In this document: positions 17,901 through 25,014 of the stretch, in pieces | How positions within the stretch are numbered: position 1 is the stretch's first letter | How the letters are laid out: every line of letters starts with the position of its first letter | NCBI GenBank assembly: GCA_041641295.1 | Contig: JBEPYO010000001.1 | Coordinates: 864,001 to 928,000 of the forward strand | Origin: Nitrososphaerota archaeon | GTDB lineage: Archaea > Thermoproteota > Nitrososphaeria_A > Caldarchaeales > Calditenuaceae | Direction of reading: 5' to 3' | Length of the DNA stretch: 64,000 nucleotides | Made by a program: the position numbers and the translations under genes | Notes under the pieces: model-generated | Told to the model about the DNA's origin: nothing | What the model saw: only the letters and a program-made list of their open reading frames with translations | Database searches by the model: none

Positions 17901-18284
17901 CTAGCCCTTGTACGCTATCGCGTCTATCTCTACAAGAAGCCCCTCGGCAACCATCTTGACTGCGACGGTGGTCCTGGCTGGCGGCTCCTCTGGGAAGAAT
18001 TCTCTGTAGACCTCGTTCATGGCCGCGAAGTCCTCCGGCCTCGCGAGGTAGACATTCACCTTCACTACGTCTTTAAGACTTGCACCCGCGGCCGAGAGTA
18101 TCTCCCTAATGTTCTCCAAAACCCTCCTCGTCTGCGCCTTCACGTCTCCACCAACCAACTTACCGGTCGCAGGGTCTATTGCCACCTGTCCTGCCACGAA
18201 GATCCATCCACCCGCCTTTATCGCCTGTGAGTAGGGCCCGACTGGGCGGGGTGCTTTCTCGGTGAAGATAACCTCTCGAGCCAT
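17901..18284 (-). CDS. ridA: RidA/YjgF enamine deaminase
   Basis: GPYSQAI, AGQV, MNEVY, PPARTTV, VEIDAIA. Confidence 0.93.
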   Translation of the reverse strand: MAREVIFTEKAPRPVGPYSQAIKAGGWIFVAGQVAIDPATGKLVGGDVKAQTRRVLENIREILSAAGASLKDVVKVNVYLARPEDFAAMNEVYREFFPEEPPARTTVAVKMVAEGLLVEIDAIAYKG

Positions 18285-18321
18285 AGCGTATCGGCGATAG
18301 TAATTTGTGGGGTGTAATAAA

Positions 18322-19674
18322 CTAACTGCCGCGCCTCTCCTCCTCTACAATCCTGTAGAGGAATTCTGCTATGAGTGGTGCTAGGCCCAAGTATTCCTCT
18401 GCGCTCTTCGGTAAAATCTCGGAGGGCCTGAGTCCCTGCCTCTCCAATAGGGCCTTAACCCGCTCCAAGTAGTCGGCGCCGCCCACCCCGAGGGCCCTAA
18501 GCTCGTCAAGCAGGTCTACACCCCTCAGCCTAGCCCTTATCTGGATGGCCTCGGCGAGGATCTCAGGGTGCCTCTCCAAGTCCCTCCTAGCCTCATCCCT
18601 GTCAACCTCCATTCGCTCGAGGAAGGCTGAGAGGTTCTTGGCTCCGATTAGGAGGTGGGCTAGGGCTACCCCGTAGTTTCTCTTGATTGTCGAGTCGGAG
18701 AGGTCCCGCTGGAGTCTTGAGACTAGGAGTCTGGAGGCGAGGAATGAGAGCATGTTCGAGGCAATCTCTAGGTTTCCCTCAGCGTTCTCGAGTTCGACTG
18801 GGTTGCTCTTCTGCGGCATGGTGGATGAGCCTACGCCGCGCGGCCTCGGGTAGACTATGCCGAGCATTGTCAGGAGCCAGAGGTCTCTGCAGAGGTCGAC
18901 GAGGACCATTGAGGCGACTGAGAGCTCGTAGAGGAGGCGTGAGACGTCGTCGTGTGGAATTACCTGCTTCGTCGCGAGCCAGTGGACGAGGCCCAGCGAC
19001 TCGACCAGCCTCCTCGAGGCCTCCAGCGCGTCGCTTCCGAAGACCTCTACGAGGCCCGCATAAGTGCCCACGGCTCCTGAGACCTTCCCCGGCAGCCGCA
19101 TCTCACTAACCCTCCTGAGACATGTTAAGAGCCTATAGGCGTGGACTGCCAACTCCTTTCCCAGAGTTGTCGGGACTGCTGGGCGTCCATGGGTCCGCGC
19201 AACAATCGCGGTGAACCTCTCCCTATACGCGGTCTCTACTATGCTTCGCAGAAGCCTCTCTAGGGCTGGGATGATTGCTGCTGAGATTGCGTCTCTCAGC
19301 GCCAGTGAGTGGGCCAGATTATTCACGTCCTCAGAGGTGAGGCCGATGTGTACTAGGTGGCCGACCTCCCTGAGGCCCTCCCGCTCAAGCCTCTCCCTCA
19401 GAAACCGGACCACAGCCTCCACGTCATGCCTCGTCTCAGCCTCAATCGCCTTCACAGCCTCGACGCCGCCCTCATCGAACCGGGAGACTATCTCGTCGAG
19501 CTTGGCTGAGAGCCTCCCTAGCAGGTGGGGTGCAACGCGTTCCGCGACCAGCTTCAGATACTCTGACTCGACCCTGAGCCTATACTTCATCAGGGCCTCC
19601 TCAGAGAAGTATGACTGGAGCTCGGAGACCAGCGCCCTATAGCGCCCGTCGACAGGCGATATCGCCCCTCTCAC
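18322..19674 (-). CDS. purB: Adenylosuccinate lyase
   Basis: [45 protein letters not shown]. Confidence 0.95.
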   Translation of the reverse strand: MRGAISPVDGRYRALVSELQSYFSEEALMKYRLRVESEYLKLVAERVAPHLLGRLSAKLDEIVSRFDEGGVEAVKAIEAETRHDVEAVVRFLRERLEREGLREVGHLVHIGLTSEDVNNLAHSLALRDAISAAIIPALERLLRSIVETAYRERFTAIVARTHGRPAVPTTLGKELAVHAYRLLTCLRRVSEMRLPGKVSGAVGTYAGLVEVFGSDALEASRRLVESLGLVHWLATKQVIPHDDVSRLLYELSVASMVLVDLCRDLWLLTMLGIVYPRPRGVGSSTMPQKSNPVELENAEGNLEIASNMLSFLASRLLVSRLQRDLSDSTIKRNYGVALAHLLIGAKNLSAFLERMEVDRDEARRDLERHPEILAEAIQIRARLRGVDLLDELRALGVGGADYLERVKALLERQGLRPSEILPKSAEEYLGLAPLIAEFLYRIVEEERRGS

Positions 19675-19758
19675 ACAGTCTAGCTGCAGGATGGAGGCTT
19701 AATCCCTTTCCACCTCTCCTCGGGAAGAGTAGATTAAGCCGGCTTAACCACTAATCCC

Positions 19759-20331
19759 GTGCTAACCCCCCTCGAGAAGGCCCTCCTGGAGGGTGAGCTG
19801 GGAGGACAGTCGAGGTGGAGGGCTGGGTATCTCGTAGCAGAGGATTCTGGGGAGGATGGCTCGATAATGCTCACCCTCTCTGAGGATGTTGGGGAGGGCT
19901 TTGCGGGGGTTCACAGGGTCAGGTGTTATCTCGGCAGGTTCCCCCTCAGGGCCGGCACAGTGGGTGGAGCCGTAGTCAGGCAGCACAGGGGCCCAGACAC
20001 CCTCAGCCTGATACTGTTCGAGGTCAACAGGGCCCTAGTTGATGGGGGCGCACTAGTCCTCTCGGCAGAGGTCGACAACCCTGAGCGGCTGCTTGTTAAG
20101 CACGGGTTTGCCCTCATCTCGGAGCACAGACCGGGTGGCGGCGGCTTCTCGGTAACCTTCTCGAGGAAGGCATGGAGAAAATATCTAGGCGACGCATGCC
20201 CGAGATGTGGCAGCACCCACATACTCCCACTAATCCCGCCCGACGCAAACGTCAGGAAGATCTGGACACTATACTGCTCCTCCTGCTCCTATAACTGGAG
20301 CGTCGAGGAGCCGATAACCGAGTGGATTTAG
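19759..20331 (+). CDS. Methyltransferase-fold-like protein with C-terminal zinc ribbon
   Basis: FPLRAGTV...EVNRALVDGGALVL; CPRC...CSSC. Confidence 0.5.
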   Translation: MLTPLEKALLEGELGGQSRWRAGYLVAEDSGEDGSIMLTLSEDVGEGFAGVHRVRCYLGRFPLRAGTVGGAVVRQHRGPDTLSLILFEVNRALVDGGALVLSAEVDNPERLLVKHGFALISEHRPGGGGFSVTFSRKAWRKYLGDACPRCGSTHILPLIPPDANVRKIWTLYCSSCSYNWSVEEPITEWI

Positions 20332-20911
20332 CCGGAAGATATAGAAGGCCTTCCGACTGGTCTCCGAGGGCTATGCATCTGCCTCTGTGGTGGAGTAGGG
20401 CGACGTAGGCGCAGGTCGCTGCGTCAACCATGTCTAGGCTCAGGGAGTGGGGCAGCTTGAGTCCAAGCCTCCTCAGCCCAGATGTGATGGACACCGCTCT
20501 CCTCTGGCCGCGCCTCCAGATGCCGAGAACCCTCTGAGCACCGCTCGGAAAAGTCTCAATCACCTCGAATCCCATCTCTCTGAGGAGCGCTGCAAGCCTC
20601 ACACCCCTCTCCGCCAAAAGCCTCATAGACGGGAGGGAGACCGGGAAGATCCCAATACCCAGCCTCCTAACCTCCCTGTCGCAGAGCCTGTAGCCGCGGC
20701 CCCAAGCCCCTGAAGGATAGGATAGTGGTGCATCGATAGCCACGCAGGCAGGCGCGCTGGCCCGGGCCAATCCAGCTATCTCCTCGTCAAGCCAAGCCTC
20801 GTAAAAAACCGCCACTAGGCGCGCCGATAAAATGCAGATGGAGGAGGCCCTGCGCGGTGATGCGGTCAGGTCTATGCCCATGAACCGTCTAGGCGTCAAA
20901 ACCCGCCACAC
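20252..20911 (-). CDS. DUF429-like RNase H-fold nuclease
   Basis: GIDL, VAIDAPLS, RLCD, IETFP, DAATCA. Confidence 0.8.
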   Translation of the reverse strand: MWRVLTPRRFMGIDLTASPRRASSICILSARLVAVFYEAWLDEEIAGLARASAPACVAIDAPLSYPSGAWGRGYRLCDREVRRLGIGIFPVSLPSMRLLAERGVRLAALLREMGFEVIETFPSGAQRVLGIWRRGQRRAVSITSGLRRLGLKLPHSLSLDMVDAATCAYVALLHHRGRCIALGDQSEGLLYLPAKSTRLSAPRRSSYRSRRSSIVSRSS

Positions 20912-20973
20912 TAGCTTGTCTGGGAAGTTAAACCCTCTCCACGGCCTCTAGCGGCGCGGAGGCATGACTAGTG

Positions 20974-21762
20974 CTACAGCTTCCTCAGCACTCTCTCGAG
21001 CCACTCGGCCGTAGCGGATATGGCCTTCCACTCCACCTCAGGGCCCGTAAACGTGTGGTCCCCATCCTCAACCACAAACTTCTCCCGAGGCTCACCGGCC
21101 CTATTGTATAGCATGTCCGCGTGGCTCGGAGGGACGACGCTGTCCCTACCACCATGGACTATGAGCAGAGGCCTTGGAGAGATCTTGGAGACTGCCTCTG
21201 ATATGCTGTAGGACAGGAGGTCTCGGATGAACCTCATGCTCATCCTATACCCCGATGGCAGGTCTATGTATTCGCCGGAGGCCGCACCACCCTTTAAGAG
21301 GGTCTTCGCGTACTCTGCCAGTGCTAGGAAGTCTGCGGGAGCGCTCCACGTGCAGACAAACCTAATCCTAGGGTCGCGTGAGGCCCTGACTAGGGAGACC
21401 GCGCCACCCATACTCAAGCCCAGCACCCCAATCCTCCCAGCGTCAACGTCAGGCCTCCCTGAGACATAGTCCAGCACACTGCCTAGGTCCTCAACCTCGC
21501 TTGTAAAAGTCGCCTCACTAAACTCTCCCTCACTCTCGCCCGAGCCATAGAAGTCGAACCGCACCACGAGAAGACCCCTCCTACAGAACTCCCGGGCAGC
21601 CCTCACAAATAGGCGGTGAGCCTCAATCCTATTCCCAGTAAATCCATGGCACATAATGAGGCTGGGGGCTGGGGAATGGTTGGGAACGTGGAACATGCAG
21701 GCGAGCCTACCCCGAGGCCCCCCCACCCAAACAAACTCCTCCCGCACAACCCAGAGCTGCAC
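20974..21762 (-). CDS. Alpha/beta hydrolase
   Basis: CHGFTG, GLSMGG nucleophile elbow, HGGRDSVV, GDHTF. Confidence 0.9.
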   Translation of the reverse strand: MQLWVVREEFVWVGGPRGRLACMFHVPNHSPAPSLIMCHGFTGNRIEAHRLFVRAAREFCRRGLLVVRFDFYGSGESEGEFSEATFTSEVEDLGSVLDYVSGRPDVDAGRIGVLGLSMGGAVSLVRASRDPRIRFVCTWSAPADFLALAEYAKTLLKGGAASGEYIDLPSGYRMSMRFIRDLLSYSISEAVSKISPRPLLIVHGGRDSVVPPSHADMLYNRAGEPREKFVVEDGDHTFTGPEVEWKAISATAEWLERVLRKL

Positions 21763-21839
21763 ACCTCAATACAAATAGGTTATATACGCTAGGACAGAGA
21801 TGCCCATCCACCTGACCACCCAGCTGTACCGACGGAGAG

Positions 21840-21871
21840 TGGGGCCGGCCGGATTTGAACCGGCGACCTCC
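21840..21871 (-). pseudogene. Orphan tRNA 3' half (about positions 42-73)
   Basis: GGAGGTCGCCGGTTCAAATCCGGCCGGCCCCA; 31/32 identical to the 3' end of tRNA-Val at 39285-39316; no adjacent 5' half found. Confidence 0.8.
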
Positions 21872-22062
21872 ACATCTTTGAGTTCTCCATTAAAATATCC
21901 ATATTCAGTGTCTTTAGCCTTCTGTTGTAGCCTCTATTAATGCTTCGGAGAACTCGCTTCGTTATATCGGGTCTTAACCGATGGTCTTTAATAGGCTCAG
22001 ACTATGATTACTACATAGGCTGAGCTATTGTGTTGTGGTATTTTCGCTCTGGTGCCTATTCC

Positions 22063-22069
22063 TTTATAT
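22063..22069 (+). promoter_or_regulatory. Candidate TATA box for the downstream structured RNA
   Basis: TTTATAT ~28 nt upstream of the first helix at 22098. Confidence 0.4.
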
Positions 22070-22097
22070 CTATGGGTTTGTTTGTTGGTCTTAGATA

Positions 22098-22320
22098 GGC
22101 TCATCGGGAGCCCCGCAGCCTGATGGATCGATGAGTCGGGTGGGCCGACGAGACACCATCTCCAGAGGCGGTGGAGGTGGTGTGGAGTGTGCGTCAGGCT
22201 GTAGTAGTAGAGGCGCCCGCTGGTGACGTGTGATGTTAGTTCCACGTCTACAGAAGGCGCTGGGCTCCGCCGCTAGGCTGAGGCCGCGCGCCCAATAGAA
22301 AGACGCGGCTATAGGCCTAG
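22098..22320 (+). ncRNA. Candidate structured ncRNA, unknown family (domain 1)
   Basis: At least seven complementary segment pairs, including a possible pseudoknot; irregular pairs are G-U on the + strand. Confidence 0.6.
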
Positions 22321-22446
22321 ACAGAAAGATTAGACGACCATAACCACATACTCTTCCCCCAATTCTCACCCTAGCATGGGTGACCACCCCACCGTCTTTT
22401 TTGGACGGGGTGGCGGGGGGAGGGGTTGGCTGGGCTAGGGGCCTTG

Positions 22447-22497
22447 GGGCGGTTCGCTTGGACCGACCACGCGCCAGGGCGGCTCGCTTGGGCTGAC
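22447..22497 (+). repeat. Two 21-nt direct repeats (30-nt period), each a GCUU-loop hairpin
   Basis: GGGCGGTTCGCTTGGACCGAC and GGGCGGCTCGCTTGGGCTGAC; all differences preserve pairing. Confidence 0.75.
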
Positions 22498-22600
22498 GGA
22501 CGCGTGGAGAGGGACGAGGAATACCGACGACTCCTAAGGGATTGCTGGATGGTTTCAGATGTTACGGTTGATTCTAAAGGAAGATGGTCTAGGAATTAGG

Positions 22601-22857
22601 CCCCGATAGGAGGTCCCCTATCTCCGCCGGAGGGGTGTGCTCTCCGGCGGGAGGGGGTGTTATTCCTCCTGTCGGGGAGTCCCGTCTTTCTGGCGGCCTG
22701 GGCCTCCCGGGAAGGCCATGTCTCAGGACATGGCTTTTAGGGTTCCCCAGCACCTTGGGGGTGGGTTGGTGGCTGGGGATAATAGGGAGCAATATGCTCC
22801 CTCCACAAACCCCACGGCCCCTCCTGGTCCCGGGAGGAAGGCCGCCATGGATGGGAC
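22601..22857 (+). ncRNA. Candidate structured RNA / 5' leader of the LAGLIDADG gene (domain 2)
   Basis: 13-bp closed long hairpin 22601-22677 plus multibranch domain 22679-22857 ending just before the GGAGG SD. Confidence 0.6.
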
Positions 22858-22870
22858 GGGGGAGGATAGG

Positions 22871-23935
22871 ATGGAGAAGACTAGGCGAAGACTAACACCG
22901 GAGAAGAGGGCTAGACTCTTAGATGCGTTGAGGAGGGGTGTGGAGAAGGGGTACGGCTACGTTGATGTTTGGAGGGAGCTGAAGAAAAGCGGGATAGATG
23001 TTTCTAGGAAAGCCGTTGAGTACTGGTATTACAAGTGTTTTCCAGAGAGGGTTAGAAGAAGGGGAGAATACCTCCCAAGAGAACTGAGAATAAGATTGTA
23101 TGAAGAAGTCAGAGAGCTGAGAAGAAAAGGCCTAGGATACCGGAGAATAAGGAAGAATATCAAAGAACTTTACGGAGTTACGCTGAACAATGCTGTAATT
23201 AGTCATTGGTGTCGTGGAATTCACACACCATACAACGGTGCAAGGATACCCACAATAGACCATCTAGAACCATCCCCAGAGCTCGCCTATGTTATAGGTG
23301 TGGTTGCCGGTGATGGGTGGGTGGTAAAAATAAGCACAAGGAGTGGAGGATATAGGATTGGTGTCAAGGCGAAGGACAGAGAGTTCATTGAGGAGTTCGC
23401 GAGATGCTTGGGGAAAGTCCTCGGAAGAGAGCCGCCGAAGCCAATAACTGTAGAGGGTGGGAAGCTTGAAGTACGCGTCCAATCGAAGACACTATATCAG
23501 CTTTTACAGAAACCCTTTGACATTGGGATGATAAGACCACTCGCAGAATACTCCGAAGACTGTATACGAAGTTTTCTGAGAGGATTCTTCGATAGTGAGG
23601 GTTCTGTGGATAAAAATAAGGGAGAGATTTGTTGCTATAATACTGATATCAGGCTTCTCGAATACGTCCAGAAACTACTAAGGGCTCTAGGCATTGAGAC
23701 AACGGGGCCGAGAATCAAAGCGAGAAAGGGGTCAATCTATAAAATATGCTATAAAATATGGGAGAGAACAACTGTGAAGAGAAAGGACGTATATTGCATT
23801 GAAGTCAGGGCAAAGGATAGACTAAAATTCTATAGACTGGTAGGGTTCACTATAAAGCGAAAGCAACAAAACCTAGAAGAACACCTTAAGAAACGCGGAC
23901 TTCTGGTGACAAGCCACCAACCAACCCTCCCCTAA
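22871..23935 (+). CDS. Free-standing double-motif LAGLIDADG endonuclease with two N-terminal HTH domains
   Basis: LAYVIGVVAGDG and FLRGFFDSEG motifs, FYRLVGF...RK tail; no intein splicing blocks; ATG 22871 follows GGAGG; visibly more AT-rich than flanking genes. Confidence 0.88.
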   Translation: MEKTRRRLTPEKRARLLDALRRGVEKGYGYVDVWRELKKSGIDVSRKAVEYWYYKCFPERVRRRGEYLPRELRIRLYEEVRELRRKGLGYRRIRKNIKELYGVTLNNAVISHWCRGIHTPYNGARIPTIDHLEPSPELAYVIGVVAGDGWVVKISTRSGGYRIGVKAKDREFIEEFARCLGKVLGREPPKPITVEGGKLEVRVQSKTLYQLLQKPFDIGMIRPLAEYSEDCIRSFLRGFFDSEGSVDKNKGEICCYNTDIRLLEYVQKLLRALGIETTGPRIKARKGSIYKICYKIWERTTVKRKDVYCIEVRAKDRLKFYRLVGFTIKRKQQNLEEHLKKRGLLVTSHQPTLP

Positions 23936-23984
23936 TCCCTTCCCCCCACTTAATGCCCTCAGACTCATTTGCTCATTTGAAAAA

Positions 23985-24093
23985 TGGGGCCGGTGGGATT
24001 TGAACCCACGACCTCCTTCCCCAACTTGGGGGTGAAGCCCCAAGTTGACCGGGCCCGAGCCGGGCATCTTAGACCATGCTCGACCACGGCCCC
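23985..24093 (-). tRNA. tRNA-Pro(CGG) with 33-nt non-canonical intron (24016-24048, position ~42/43)
   Basis: GGGGCCG/CGGCCCCA acceptor stem, CCCGG-CT-CGG-GC-CCGG[intron]G anticodon arm, GTGGG-TTCAAAT-CCCAC T arm; 10-bp intron hairpin. Confidence 0.88.
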
Positions 24094-24150
24094 CCTACCG
24101 CTCCAAGCAGCCGCGCAAAAAATAAACGTAATCCGGTCTGGGAGGGGATG

Positions 24151-24381
24151 TTAGACGACTATAGCGGTTTCGGTCCTCTCAACGCCGTCGATCGTGTGTA
24201 TCTGGGATAGGACCGTGTCTGTCAGCTTCTTCAAGTCCTCAGCCTCTACTAGGACCAGTACGTCGTATCTGCCGGTTATCATGCACGCGAGTTTACAGCC
24301 CGAGATCTTTCCAACCTGCTCGACAACATTCTTCGCCTTACCCGCCCTAGCCCTAATGAAGACGTATGCTTGGACCGCCAC
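24151..24381 (-). CDS. Lrp/AsnC ligand-binding (RAM) domain protein
   Basis: AYVFI...ITGRYDVLVLV...IDGVERTETAIV. Confidence 0.88.
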   Translation of the reverse strand: MAVQAYVFIRARAGKAKNVVEQVGKISGCKLACMITGRYDVLVLVEAEDLKKLTDTVLSQIHTIDGVERTETAIVV

Positions 24382-24399
24382 GAAGTATCCACTGCCCTA

Positions 24400-25014
24400 A
24401 ACGCTTATATCCTTTCCTCCCCCACAAACCCTTCACAGGACCACGCAGAATCTGTGAACTGTGGAGGGCTTCTCTGTGAAACTGTGAAGTGTGAAATAGG
24501 ACTCTGAGAATCTCTGAAACAGACCCATAGATGGTTCATGTATTACCATTGTATGAATGATTGCAGTTTCTGCGTATCTCTCAGGGATGCCTGATTGTTG
24601 CAGAAAATGAGCATTTCTGAGCCATTACAGTCGTGTCATAGGGCCCTTAACGATCCATAACTTTACCCGGTGAATATGGGTGGTGAAGGGTGGACGCCAA
24701 CACTCCACACGCTCCACTGGAAAAGGAGGGGTTCAACAGACCTAACCCCCATTCACAGTGAAAAGCCGCGAAAAACAGCTCTTCGAACAGGATAGGCAGA
24801 TTTCGGACCTGAGGCCAAAGGCCTACGACCGGCACCTCAAAGAGGTGGAATAGCCAAACTCGCTTTAACACGCCCACCCCACCAGTTCTAATGGAAATTA
24901 ACTAAAATCAACACAAACGGAGGAGGGAAAAAGAAATTAGATAAATAATTCCTCTTATCCTAGAAATTTCTCTCATGGCTACCGATAACACTGCTGGCTA
25001 GCCCTTCAATTGTT
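24400..25014. other. Probable replication origin (oriC)
   Basis: Intergenic region upstream of cdc6 with ORB-like CTCCACTGGAAAAGGAGGGG (+, 24712-24731), an inverted ORB-like TTCCATTAGAACTGGTGGGG (-, 24877-24896), mini-ORB-like motifs and an A-rich tract. Confidence 0.75.

Noticed and set aside
22230-22281. Box C/D guide RNA (GUGAUGU ... CUGA)
   Set aside because: Box C is imperfect, there is no convincing C'/D' pair, and the segment is already explained by stronger helices.
22098-22857. RNase P RNA, SRP RNA or group I/II intron as identity of the structured region
   Set aside because: No GAGGAAAGUCC/P4 signature, no SRP helix-8 GGAA/AGCA motif, and no recognisable P7 or domain V on either strand. 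ACAGAA words alone are insufficient. An Rfam scan is still needed.
22637-22870. N-terminal 78 codons of the 432-aa ORF
   Set aside because: Low-complexity translation across a strongly paired region; ATG 22871 has a GGAGG SD and begins the HTH domain.
22410-23950. Terminal inverted repeats (G-rich 22410-22435 versus C-rich 23915-23947) around the LAGLIDADG unit
   Set aside because: Low-complexity, gapped match with no target-site duplication seen; could be chance.
23873-24067. 64-aa ORF on the minus strand
   Set aside because: Overlaps tRNA-Pro and the end of the LAGLIDADG gene; spurious.
24647-24877. 76-aa ORF upstream of cdc6
   Set aside because: Lies across ORB-like boxes in the probable origin and has no protein motif.
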